The notes beneath the pieces are model-generated. The model saw nothing but the letters and a program-made list of their open reading frames with translations. It did no database searches and had not been told where the DNA came from. Positions 30,590 through 44,097 of a stretch of DNA of 64,000 bases are shown in pieces (the first letter of the stretch is position 1; every line of letters starts with the position of its first letter). A program made the translations under genes and the position numbers. The DNA comes from Eledone cirrhosa (Eukaryota). Where the stretch lies: positions 1 to 64,000 of the forward strand of contig CAXHJY010001659.1 of assembly GCA_964016885.1 (NCBI GenBank). The letters are read 5' to 3'.

Positions 30590-30688
<99 letters not shown>

Positions 30689-30851
30689 AACGCGCACGCA
30701 CGCGCACACACACACACATACATAACACTTACAAAGTTGTGTGTGTGTGCCTTGGTTTTGGTACAGAAAGAATTTGTCTCCAGTTTTAATTGCCAGGTCA
30801 AAGGCCACTGCTCTTTTCAACAACGCCAAATAACAACGCCATATATATATA

Positions 30852-31545
30852 TTGAAACTAGTACATCGTTCCTTTGTCAGTGTTGAACAAAAGAGCAACG
30901 ATGGTTGCTAAACACTGTACGGCTTAATTCGGGATGTTTGTTTACAAACACACTGAGCATTATAATAAATGTTCGGTAAATCCATACGTACATATATATA
31001 TATGTGTGTGCATGTATGTAAATATATATACATACTACTGTACGTCTGTATACATATATGTAAGTAGTATACATACTTATATTTAAGTAACAGCCGTACT
31101 AAGAGTGAGAAATGAAATTTCGTTTCATTTTTCCGTTATCGTTTTCGGTGCGCCCGGTCGATTAACTCACTCGATATGCAAATTAGGCTGCTCAGCCGTT
31201 AATATGCATAAGGAAAGTATATACTTTCAGACGTTCAATCATCTGGCAGGAAGGTATACGGTGCTGACGATAGGTAATAAGCTTGAAACTAGTACATCGT
31301 TCCTTTGTCAGCGTTGAACAAAAGGGCAACGATGGTTACTAAACACTGTACGGCTTAATTCGGGATGTTTGTTTACAAACACACCGAGCATTATAATAAA
31401 TGTTCGGTAAATCCATACATACATATATATATGTGTGCATGTATGTATATATATATACATACTACTGTACGTCTGTATACATATATGTATGTACGTATAC
31501 ATACTTATATTTAAGTAATGAAATTTCGTTTCATTTTTTCCGTTT
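30852..31545 (+). mobile_element. Partial-tandem HHR element (period 431)
   Basis: 30852-31088 is repeated from 31283. The upstream copy starts inside the HHR. Confidence 0.75.
31259..31299 (+). ncRNA. Minimal type I hammerhead
   Basis: CGGTG CTGACGA T AGGT aata AGCT T GAAA CTAG TA CATCG, with palindromic ACTAGT. Confidence 0.75.
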
Positions 31546-31710
31546 ATATATATATATATATATATATAGGAACGAGTAGGACCCTGACGGTTGAGCTCAA
31601 GCCGTTTCGACGTCGGGGTCCTACTCGTTCCTATTACCCACTCTACTACCCTAAGTATTGAGTACTTTGGTGCGTTATGGTCCATCTGGTTCCTTACCAC
31701 ATTTCCTTCG

Positions 31711-31768
<58 letters not shown>

Positions 31769-31838
31769 AAATGAAGAGAGAAAGAGGGAAGGACAGAGAG
31801 AGTAAGAAATGTGTATGTGTGTGTGTGTTTGGTACACG

Positions 31839-31900
<62 letters not shown>

Positions 31901-31998
31901 ATCTATCTATCTCCAACAGGGGCTCAAACATGGTAGACCAGACGGAAAAAAGAAAACATATATATATATGTGTTTGTGTGTGTGAGTATTATATATAC

Positions 31999-32059
<61 letters not shown>

Positions 32060-32061
<2 letters not shown>

Positions 32062-32209
32062 CCTTACACACTTAAATATAAATGCATGTATATATACAAA
32101 TGTATAAATGCATAGCTATATACATACGTAAATGTATGGTATGTATATATGTATGTATGTATGTAGATTTATATATATATATATATTTAATATATTTAAT
32201 ATATAAATG

Positions 32210-32243
<34 letters not shown>

Positions 32244-32326
32244 CATACATATATACATTTATGTATATAGCTATGCATTTATACATTTGTATATATACGA
32301 GCATTTATATTTAAGTGTGTAAGGAT
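32060..32326. repeat. ~265 bp near-perfect inverted repeat
   Basis: ATCCTTACACACTTAAATATAAATGC... is mirrored by ...GCATTTATATTTAAGTGTGTAAGGAT. Confidence 0.8.
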
Positions 32327-32478
32327 GTTGACATGATTATTTATGGGTTTTTTAGGGGGTACGGAGAAAATTTTGTCTCCAGATTATATTACCTAGGGAG
32401 ATTAAATACTACAGCTCTGGCTGAAAGCTGACCAGGTTCTCAACCTCATCAAACACTAACGCAGGCCTGTGTGTGTAT

Positions 32479-32539
<61 letters not shown>

Positions 32540-33005
32540 TGTGTGTGTATGTATTTACGTATGCATGATGCATGTGTGTGTATGTTCGTATGTATGTATA
32601 TGTATACACCCACATCTTTCATCACCATTGCTTCTTTTTGTTGTCATTTCTGTTGAAGTTGCTCTTGTAACTGTTGTTAAAGTTGACGTCCTTATGTTCA
32701 TTTTCTTTGATTTCTTTTACTTTTCTTTTATCTCCCTAGGGAATTCGTTGACAAGCTTCTTTTATTTATTTTCTTCGTTTTCTTCATTCAAATGCATTCA
32801 CACTGGCTGTCTAAGAGACGTTCAAATATGACTTATAAAACTTACCAAACTAAAGGGGCTTCCAGCGCCCCAAAGCTTCAAACGCCCCCTTGCTGCCCCT
32901 CCCCCCAGGGGGAGGAGTATATTCCCCCCCCCCCGTTGAGAACCTTTGATATAGACAGTTATGAAGTTGATGGTTTGGAGGGGATGCGGCAGATGTAAAA
33001 CCTCC

Positions 33006-33118
33006 AGTATTCCGATGATTTGATCAGAGGTAAACACTGTATTTAAGGTCGAGTGACGCAACTTCGAGTGATTAGTGGCCTTTAGACTCACCTGATCAAT
33101 GAAACAATTGTTAATACT
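33006..33118 (+). ncRNA. Type I hammerhead, CCGAUGA (U4C) variant
   Basis: AGTATT CCGATGA T TTGATCAG...CTGATCAA T GAAA CAATTG TT AATACT. Confidence 0.75.
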
Positions 33119-33191
33119 AGAAATAAAACCTTTCTGTACAGCCGACCATTGAATTCTTCAATCTTTCACTATATATATATATATATATATA

Positions 33192-34022
33192 TTCCTCACT
33201 TTCTGTTGCTTCACCATTTTGTTTGTTTACCCTCGCGTCCCCTTTATTTACGTGTACCAACGTCTTTTTTTAGCCGTTGCTCGCACCAACCGGAGGTATA
33301 TGGTCTTTAAAGCGATGAAATGCCTATGATGGTTGGAAGATCACTGATGAAGGACAAACTTTTTTCATATGTAACCCATTTGCAACTCCGCAGCGCCCTT
33401 ATTTTCCTATTTACACATATTTTTTCCTCTGCTGCTACCTGTCTTTTTCGTTCTACGTATCTTTACCCTTTCTAGCAGTCTCTCTCTCTATGTTAGCCTC
33501 TTCCTCACCCTTCACTCACTCATTCTCTGTTACTACCTCTCCTCCTCCTCTTTCTTCCCGTTTGACCTGTATGTAATCCTTTTCTCCCGCACGCTGGTCA
33601 AGCTGGTATGAATTTTTTCTCTCTCTCGTCTACGATTTCACAGAACTTATGTTTACCGAATTCGCAGACCAGACCCCTTCTTCCTCCCGTTAGACCTGTG
33701 CGAAATTCCTTCCTTGCTCACATTTCAACCAGGTTTAATGGTCTTTATTCTCTCGTTCACGATTTCACCGAATTTAAATTCATAGAAATCTGGGACTTGT
33801 CTCTTTCTTCCTCACTTTCTGTTGCTTCACCATTTTGTTTGTTTACCCTCGCGTCCCCTTTATTTACGTGTCCCAACGTCTTTTTTTAGCCGTTGCTCGC
33901 ACCAACCGGAGGTATATGGTCTTTAAAGCGATGAAATGCCTATGATGGTTGGAAGATCACTGATGAAGGACAAACTTTTTCATATGTAACCCATTTGCAA
34001 CTCCGCAGCGCCCTTATTTTCA
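33192..34022 (+). mobile_element. Partial-tandem element (period 616) with permuted HHR-like motif in each repeat
   Basis: 33192-33406 is repeated at 33808-34022. TA flanks. Confidence 0.75.
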
Positions 34023-34825
34023 TATATATATATATATATATATATGTAAATTTCATTGTCTCACAGGTACACATCTTGGAAATATTTTCTCATTTAAATT
34101 AAGCTAACCTAGCAAAGCTCTCTCGAACCTGGCATACACGGCAGCTTCTGAAGTTTGTATTGTAAGTGAATGAAACTAATAAAAGACAAACAAGTTTTAA
34201 AAAATAAAGAAAACGGGGGGATTCGAAACTGGAGCAGACTCTACACACCCAGATTACATTAAAATATAGATGATGTGATTGAAGTGCATTCAAGCTAGAA
34301 TCAAGCTTTGTCTAGCCAAAGGCATACACACCCACAGAGAAAAATAGATAGATGATTGTTAACGAAAGGTTGAGAGAGAGATATAGAGAGAGAGAGGGGG
34401 GGATGCATATATATATATATATATATATATGCTCTCTTACTAAGTAGTTCAGTGGCTGTGGCCGTCTTGGGGTAGAGGGAGAGAGAGAGAGAGAGATAGG
34501 GAGAGAGAGGCGGAGAGGGAGAGAGAGTGGGAGAGAAAGGGGGAGAGAGGGAGTGAGAGAGAGAAAGGGAGGGAGAATGAAGAATAGAGAGAAACGAGCT
34601 AATAAAATGAAACTATTACAGTGGTTCCAAAATTTTTACAATCGTGACCCATTTTTGATAAACCAATATTCCTGTAACGCACATTTTGTAAAGCATTTAA
34701 ACAATAAAAAATGAATACCCCCCCCCCCCCCCCGCAAGAAAACGCCCACAATGATCCGCAAACTTAATAACATTTTAAATCGAAGTAAATGAGATATTAC
34801 GCATAAATATCTTTAACTTTCATAT

Positions 34826-34877
<52 letters not shown>

Positions 34878-34921
34878 ATATATATACATACATATATATG
34901 TATATATATATTTATATAAAT

Positions 34922-34971
<50 letters not shown>

Positions 34972-35854
34972 TTATATATATATATGGTGTATGTGTGTTT
35001 GGAATATAACTTAATAAAAGATCTTACATAAAGTTATGATGGATGGCTCAGGGATAAATATTTCATCCCCTTTAGTTACCACATTTCTAATGTAAAATGC
35101 TGTCTATGATTTTCAAAAAAATTTGAAAATTACCGAGCTGGTATTTGGAGCATAACTTAACAAATATTCTTACGGAAAAAAATATGATGGAAGATTTTTA
35201 GTTTATTACATTTTTCAATAAACAATTTTGTTTTATAAAACCGAGTGTGGTTTCAATCAGATTGGTATAAAAAATGTTATTGGATATACTGTCTTTTTTA
35301 CAGCCACTGTAGCTAATATAAGACGGACAGTATCCTTGTTAAATAGAAATATAAACATTTCATCAATGGTATACGTGTTTTTATGACTTACACTATTTCA
35401 AATAGACAGCGAATTGGCAGAGTTATTAGAACGTTGGATAGAATGCTTTGCGGTATTCGTTCCGGCTATTTGCTCTCTGGTCAACTTTACCTTACATCCA
35501 TTCAAGGTCAATAAAAAATGTGCTTGTCTAGTACTAGGGTCGATTCTTCCTCTATATCTCTTTTCACTTTCATTCTCTCAATCTTTATCCTTCTTTGGAA
35601 AAAATCTACTATATTCAGACTTGGAGAGGAGATGGGTTACGCCAGGTTAAAAAAAAAGTCCTACAAACACCGTATGTCAATACGATGCCCCTACGACTCT
35701 TTCAGGAGTTACGGGTCCATATATAAATATTTCCAATGCTACAATATATGAAACTTCAATGGTGGTAAATTTTTCTGATAAGCTTCTCCACCGTTAAGCC
35801 AAACATATTTTTTCCTTTACCCCTTTTACCTTTTCGTTAAAAAAATTCACATCA

Positions 35855-36523
35855 TCTCCTTATAATATATAACCAGCAATTTCTCTGTCTGTCTGTCCGA
35901 CAGTGGAAACACGTGCGCGCGTGCGAATGTTTTTTGCGCACGCGTTGAGAGAGAGTGAGAGTGAAAGAAAGAGACAGACTACGAGAGGGGGATAGCGGGA
36001 GGGAGAGAGGGAGAGAGAGAGAGTTAATAGACGCTAAAACACGTGCGCGCGTGCGAATGTTTTTTGCGCACGCGTAGAGAGTGAGAGTGAAAGAAAGAGA
36101 CAGACTACAAGAGGGGGATAGCGGGAGCGTGAGAGGGGGGAATTGAGGAGTGCTACAGAAACATATATACATTTCTGTGTGTGTGTAATATATATATATA
36201 TATATATACACACACAGAAATATATATACATTTCTGTGTGTGTAATATATATATATATATATATATATGCACAGACATAAGTATATATACATTTCTGTGT
36301 GTGTAATATATATATATATAGAGAGAGAGATTACAATAATCAAAGTTCAGTTTAAATCATTTATTTGCTTACAATTGTATCCTCTAAACCGAGGTTTGGA
36401 TTCTTCGGAGCAACTATTTAGTGATCTATAACATACTTGACCTCCTTTTCAACACAAGAGATATATAAAAACATATGCATATATATATATATATATATAC
36501 ACACACAGAAATATATATATATT

Positions 36524-36558
<35 letters not shown>

Positions 36559-37885
36559 TACACACACAGAAATGTATATATATTTCTGTGTGTATATATA
36601 TATATATATTACACACACAGAAATGTATATATATATATACACACAGAAATATATATACATCCCTTAGCTACTGTACTGTATCTGTTGCTATCTCTCTCTC
36701 TCTCTCCAGCTATCCCTCTCTTTTAGTCTGTCTGTTTCTCTCACTCTCACTCTTTCTCTTTGTAACACACTAACATTCCTCCCCTCTATCGCTGTGACGA
36801 ATGGGGAGATGGAGGAGGAGGAGGAGAGAGTCACTTCGTCACTTCACCTCTGCCTTTCTTTCTCTCCCCTCTCACTCCTTCATTACGTACAGACATTAGG
36901 GCGGTGGATTGGCAGAATCTGTAGAGAGTCGGACACCATTCTTCATAGCATGGAGTTACGTCCCTTTACGGTCTGAGTTCAAATACCCCCGAGGTTAACT
37001 TTGCCTTTCATCCTCACGGGGTCGATAAAATAAAGTACCAGTAATGTACTGGGTAATAGCTGGCCTTGTGCCAAAAGTAGAAACAATTATTAGAAACATT
37101 GCTTCATTCAAAAGTAATTTTTCAATTCCAATTGTTATGAACAGCAAAACATTAATAATAATTTTGTTCTAAGAAATATATATACATTTCTGTGTGTGTA
37201 ATATATATATATACACACAGAAATATATATACGTTTCTGTGTGTGTAATATATATATATATACACACACAGAAATATATATACATTTCTGTGTGTGTAAT
37301 ATATATATATACACACAGAAATATATATACATTTCTGTGTGTGTAATATATATATATATATATACACACACACAGAAATATATATACATTTCTGTGTGTG
37401 TAATATATATACACACACACAGAAATATATGGGTATTTCTCTGTTTGTCTGTCTGTCTGTCTGTCTGTCCGTCCCTAAAACTCAAATGTAGGTGCTACAG
37501 AAATATTACCTTCCCCTTCCTTTCTCCACTTTGGTACTACCAAGAGAAACACTGTTGCTATAGAAACATTACCTTCCCCTCTCCAGTGACATTGGTCACT
37601 GAGGCCGAGGGGATCGCTGGTTGCTATAGAGACACCTTGCACGAGCCAGAAGTAACCAGTTCGAGGCGGTTCTGACTTGACACCATGCCAAGGACCATTT
37701 GAAGAAGGTTGCTGCTGATGAGGTAATTTATTAATCAGATTGCGCAGTTCCATAACCTCAGTCTGGAGCTGCGGGATTTGATTAATACGTTTGATTTGTT
37801 CAATTTCTCATCCAAATCTCAACAATATCAGTATATACACTAGATTTGCTAGCAGAAAACCGCCCACCGGGTGGTTTTCTGCTAG
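35855..37885 (+). mobile_element. Composite Helitron-like region with palindromic minisatellite
   Basis: 5' TC..ATAATATATAA..(TGTC)n. Arrays of ACACACAGAAAT-(TA)-ATTTCTGTGTGT at 36156-36660 and 37172-37430. Ends CTAGCAGAAAACCGCCCACCGGGTGGTTTTCTGCTAG. Confidence 0.5.
36897..37092 (+). mobile_element. tRNA-derived SINE
   Basis: Same family as 15731-15925. Confidence 0.75.
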
Positions 37886-38527
37886 TCTATATATATAAAA
37901 CTGAGGATGTCTGTCTGTGTGTATGTGTGTGTGTGTCTGTGAGTTTGAATCCCTAAAACTCGAGAAGTGCCCAACCGATGGCTCTCAAACTTTACATGTG
38001 TATTACTTATGTTTCAGGGAGTGTTATGCACATAAAAAATTTCACTTTTTGATCCCCTAGGGCCCGGATTAGGTGAAAAACTGCGTTTTTTCAGCTCTCT
38101 AGGGTTTTTTTGAGGCGTTACGCCAGACCGATTTCCTTGAAACTGTAACTATGTATTAGTCAGTCTCTTTTTCATACCGTGAGCAAAGAAAATCCAACTT
38201 TTTTTATGGCCTAGGTGAAAAACTTCATCTTTTCAGCTTTTTAGGGCTTTTTTGAAGCGTTACGTCTAGCCGATTTCCCCGAAATTTTAAGGCATATTAT
38301 GCACATAAAACAATTCATTTTCTTGATCCCCTAGGGCCCGCATTAGTTGAAAACCTGCATTTTTCCTGCTTCATCGAGGACAATCTTAAAGATTATCCAG
38401 CCATCAGAGTATTCGGTTTATTTTCTTTACATATTTGTCCAGGCATGCAGTTTTTCCACGATTAGGTCTGTTGGCGGTCCGCGTTCCAAAATATCCTATC
38501 CCGTGCAACGCCGGGTACCACTGGTAG
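37886..38527 (+). mobile_element. Non-autonomous Helitron (same family as 1707-2470)
   Basis: TC start, colinear homology, 3' hairpin plus GTAG|T. Confidence 0.8.
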
Positions 38528-41449
38528 TAATCCATAAATTTGTTCTGGTTTGTATTTAAATACCGTTGCAATTTTGTTTGGTTTAATGATTCATTGGTAA
38601 AAACTGACATACACATCATATTACGGCCTTTCTACTCATGAAATGTGTTGCTAGACCTTCGTTAGTTCCCCCACCGAGCGTTCCAATTAAACTATTAATG
38701 GAACAGCCTGCTCATGAAATTACCGCGTAAGCAACTGAGATGTATCCTTAATGTAATTCTCAGAGAGATTCAGCGTAACACATTGTGTGTAAAGGCTGGC
38801 TCCTATAGCTACAGGTATGACTCATTTTTGCCAACTGAGTTGATTGCAGCAACACGAAACCAAACGCAATAACCATGGATGTAAAGCCAAATGTTTTTAT
38901 TCATCTATTTTCGATTCATCTGTAAAGAAGATATATTTATACTTATAATGCAGACTTATACACTTAAATCTTCAACCATCCACATATCGTATTATGCCTT
39001 TCAATGGTGTTCTTGAGTCTCTCAGCGTTCTTACGTGCTGCAGTAACTACTTTATGAATCAACGATCTACCGTATGAGAAAACAAACTGGCAGTCGTTAG
39101 GTAGTGAGTTAAAATGATTCGTGGAATTTATTTTAACTCCCCACGCTCTCAGCTCAAATCCTGCCGAGGTCAACTTTGACGGTCAATAAATTAACTACCA
39201 GTCCAACGCTATGTTCGATCTTTCCTCTTCCTCATATCTCTTAATTTTTCTTCTCATTCTTTCTTGGGTTGATTCCTCCTGTATATCTTTTTTTTTTTAC
39301 TCTCTTTCTCTTCCACTCTCTCTATCTCCGTTCCCTCTCTCTCTTTCTCTGAAAGTTATCGGTTATCCCGATGGCACTAAGAGAGGTTAAGGGTTTGTGA
39401 ACAGCATGTGATCGGCACAGATGGATGGATCTACAGTTTTGTGTTTACTAAAACCCTGTAAATACTCTTTGTACATGACATTTTTCTTTTTTCTTTTAGT
39501 TTTATTTTCAAGGTTCCAATATTTGTGTTTTATCATTGTCATCAATTTTACATCAAAATGCATTTAAAATATATCGATTTTGTTTTAATGCTTTCAACAT
39601 CCAAACTTTCGGCAATTAATTTGGTAATTTGTGTGAAAAGTTTGAATTTTACATAACGTAATATTAATTCACACGATTTAAGGTTTGATCGCTGACGATA
39701 TTTCGGTGGGCGGTAGTATAAGTAGAAGTCAGTAAATTGGTAGAGTTGTTAGAACGTCGGATATAATGCTTTGCTGTATTCCTTCTTGCTCTGAGTGAGT
39801 TCCAGTCCTACCAAGGTAAACTTGCCTGTCATGCTTTCTAAGTTGATAAATAAAGCACTAATCTAGTACTGCGGTTGAATCTATTTCTCTTTCCCAATTC
39901 TCCCCGCCCTCTCTCTCTCTCTCTTTTTTTTTAGAAATCAGCTTTGTACAGCCCAAGTGTGAAATGGGCTCCGCCAGTCGTAAATGCCCAAGTTTAATTG
40001 TCACAAAGGAGCTGCTACAATTCCATTCAGGAATACGTTTATTCTTTTATTCATTTACTGGTTTGGTGCTACTTTCCTTCCTATCTCCCTTACACCTGTC
40101 TCGGAGGTAATGAAATTGGCCTTGGGCACTGCCCTTCCCTTCCTGATTAAATATAAAATCATCAACAACAACAACAGAATGTATTTGAAAAAAATATTGT
40201 CTTGTATGCCGGCCTCAGTTACATTAGTACTAATGTGTAAACGTAAGTTCTCTGTGGATAGAAAAGGGATTAGAGATGTGAGCAGGAATGTTGAAGTGTT
40301 GGGTTGCAGGTTTCATTTATTTAGGCATCTTCGTGACTTTTTCGTTGACAGAGAGAAACAAAAAAGAAAAAGAAAAACTGAAACATCATTCGAATAGATG
40401 AGGAATATAAAGAAAACAATAAATTAATTAATAAAACAATAAAATTCGACGAAATAATTATACCTAGAATTTTAATGTTTTTAATTTTAAAGGAGCTGTC
40501 AATAAATTATTTTTCTTTTAAAAAGCCCAGCAAAAACAAAGGAAACAACAATACTTTTATACAGGACGGCAATCTTTCTGCCATTTTTTCACTTATTTTC
40601 CTTTTCTTCTTGAAAAAATAAATATTTTTTCACCAAATTGTATTATGGCTTGGGTCGTTTAACCGACATCACTTTGGCCGAGTGGACAACACGAAGTTGC
40701 TAAAGCTAATAAAAAGTTGTAAGATTTTATCACAGTTTTATTTCAACTCGGAACATTTAACATGGCGGTCGAAAAAAGAAAATCTCCTCCATGACATAAC
40801 CAAGTACGGATGAACCAATCAAACGTCAGCAAGTGTTCAAGTATTTTCTGTTTTTTTTTAACACTTTTTTTATTTATTCATTTCTTTTCTTGTGTTTGTT
40901 GGTAGTTTATGATTTTTTTATGGATGGTGTTGGTGGTGGTATTTTAGCTACCAGAGTGTCATATCATAAAAATAAATGACACAGAATTTTTATACTCCTC
41001 TGATTTTCGTGACAAAATTTTCCCACCTTTCCAAAAAAAAAACAAAACAAGAAAAACTGCCTTGCAATAAACAAAACAAAACATAAACTTATGCATTTAT
41101 GTTATAAAATTTTCGTTTTTTCTTTTCGTTTCAAGGTGAATCTTCAATAACATTGAGTAAAGGAGGAAAAGATAAGAGAAACCAGAAGACACGAGTGAGA
41201 AAGTAAAAGTAGAAAATAAAAAAAAAAACAATAGATTTCGTTTGTCTTGTCGAGAGTTCTTGGTTTAATTTAAAATTTCAATTTCTATCAGTCTGTAAAT
41301 TTCCATAAAAGGTAAAGAGAAGGTTCGGCCGAAATCGTAAAACGCTGTCGGAGACCCGCTTAATGGTTAATGTTTTAAATTACTAATATAACTCTTATGT
41401 TTAAAAAAACCTCAACCGTAACATTAAAATATAGTTGACTTTCTTGTTG

Positions 41450-41468
41450 CAGCAGTAGTAGTAGTAGC

Positions 41469-41533
<65 letters not shown>

Positions 41534-41950
41534 CAGTGTAGTAGTAGTGTAGTAGTAGTAGTAGTAGTAGTATCAGAAGCAGTAGTAGCAGCAGTCGTAG
41601 TAGTATAAGCAGCAGTAGTAGTAGTAATAGTAGCAGCAGTAGTAGTAGTAGCAACAGCAGCTGTACTAGCAGTAGTAATAGTAGTAGCAGCGGCAACAGT
41701 AGTAGTAGTAGTAACAGCAGCAGTAGCAGTAGTAGTAGTATCAGTAGTATTAGTAGTAGTAGTAGCAGCAGCAACAGTAGTAGTAGTAGTAGCAGCAGCA
41801 GCAGTAGTAGTAGTTTTAGTAGTAGCAATGTGGTAGTAGGAAGTAGTAACAGCAGCAGCAGTAGAAGCAGCAGTCGTAGTAGTAGTAGTAGCAGCAGTAA
41901 CAGCAGCAGTAGTAGTAACAACAGCAGTAGTAGTAGCAGCAGAGGTAGTT
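41450..41950. repeat. Compound (AGT/AGC)n trinucleotide repeat
   Basis: About 500 bp of AGT/AGC triplets. Confidence 0.95.
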
Positions 41951-42196
41951 GATGCTGGTACTGCTACAGTTTAATTAACATCCCTTTATTTCTTGGTGAT
42001 GCAACACGATGAAATACTGTCGCTGACAATTTAACTACATCACATTACAGTTAATAATTATTCCATCGACCTTGGAATGAAACAAAATTAAGTTAACCAC
42101 TGAAATATTTGACAAGAGTGAGATAAGAATCAATATGGCCGGACGAACGAGAAGGGGTTATTAAACTAGAGCGGTTTTATTATTGTTTTAGATATT

Positions 42197-43345
42197 AAGG
42201 GCGGTGGATTGGGCAGTATCGGTAGAAGGTCGGACGCCATGCTTTGCAGCATAGAGTTACGGCTCTTTATGATCTAAGTTCAAATTCCGCCTAGGTGGCT
42301 TTGCCTTTCATCCTTACGGGGTCGATAAAATAAAGTACCAGTCACGCACTGGGGTCGATTTAATCGACTTTCCCTCCCCCAAAATTGCTGGCCTTGTGTC
42401 TATATAAGAAACCATTATTGTTTTAGTTATTAAAGGCGGTGGATTGGCAGTATCTGTAGAGGGTCGGACGCCATGCTTTGCAGCATAGAGTTACGCCCCT
42501 TTATGATCTGAGTTCAAATCCCTCCGGGGTTGGCTTTGCCTTTTATCCTTACGGGGTCGATACTGCCAGTTCACCGCCGTCACCACCCTTAATAATGATT
42601 TCTAGTATAGGCACAAGGCCAGTAATTTTTTTTTTGGGGGGGGGGGGGAGAGGTGTCGATTAAATCGACCCCAGTGGTGTCCGACTCTCTACCGATACTG
42701 CCAATCCACCGCTCTTGTAATAATAATTATTATTCTCATTGTAAGGGTGGTGAATTATCAGGATTGGTAAAGCGTCGGACGCCATGCTTTGCAGCATAGA
42801 GTTACGCCCCTTTATGATCTGAGTTCAAATCCAGCCGAGGTTGGTTTTGTCTTTCATCCTTACGGGGTCGATAAAATAAAGTACCAATCACGCACTGTGT
42901 CGATTTAATCGACTTTCCCTCCCCACAAATAGGCCTTATGCTTATATAAGAAACCATCATTTTCATAGTTATTAGGGTCGCTGGATTGGTAGAATCGTTA
43001 GATAGTCAGGCAGATGCTTTGTGGTATTTATTACGGCTCTTTACATTCTGAGTCCAAATTCTGTCGAGGTCAAATTTGTCTCTCATGTTTCAGGTATCGA
43101 TAAAGTACCAGGCAAGTACTTGGGTTGATTTAAGCGACTTTCCCATCCATCATATGACTGACATTTTGCCTAAATTGGAAACAATTTTTAAGTTAAGCGT
43201 TCATATCCCAACAGTGTCAACTTTGACCTTTATCCATCTGGGGTTGATAAAATAAATAACCAGCTAAGTACTGGGGTCGGTTTGATCGGCTACTCCTCAC
43301 CCCATCCAAATACTGGTTCGTGCCGAAAGTAGAAATCATTGTTAT
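42197..43345 (+). mobile_element. Cluster of tRNA-derived SINE copies (mostly +, one inverted fragment at ~42560-42720)
   Basis: Heads GGCGGTGGATTGGCAG and variants at 42199, 42435, 42745 and 42975, each with B box and conserved body. Confidence 0.8.
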
Positions 43346-44066
43346 CGTTATTTGTTCTTTTACGTCTGTTTTTTTTTCATGTTGGCACAGGCAGGAGGTA
43401 ATTCCAAGCTTGTGTTTCCAGTTAAGTGTTTAAAAGCCATTTAACGTGCAGTCTACTTTTTTATTTACTCATTAGCATAATGTATACTTGATCATTTACA
43501 CTTTAGTGTGCGGTCGACCTTGTCATTTATATTTACTGTGTGGTCTATCTAGCCATTCAACTAACAAAAAATGTAATCCTAACTGTAACCCTAACCCAGT
43601 CATTACACAACGTAGATTATGATTGCTATAGTATATCGTAATCTAACGTAGAACTTAATGCTTCTCCTCCATTCCCTGACGCCAGTCCGGCGGCTATTAA
43701 TCATTTTCAGGTGAGCAAAATGAGGCAACGTAAAATGAAGTGTAACGCTCAATGACAACACTTCACCCGGTTTGGAAATCGAACAATAAAACTCATGATC
43801 GTGAGTCTCAAATCCCAAAGCCATTAGACTACGTTTTTGCCGTCACCAACAGTCACTAGTAAAAATTGGATGCTCGGATTTTTAAATGCTTCAATTCCTC
43901 AAGATCTATTAAATCAAACAAGCTTTCGAGGTGAAAAATATAGACTCTGAGACGCTAAATTCTCTGTCTCAGAAAGTGTTTAACCAACATTAATACACAC
44001 ATACACACTCACGCACGTACGTACACACCCAGGAAGAACCCCGCCCCATAAATATATAAGTATATG

Positions 44067-44097
<31 letters not shown>

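Noticed and set aside
36156-37430. CRISPR-like palindromic repeat array
   Set aside because: Spacers are just (TA)n, the context is eukaryotic, and there are no cas genes.
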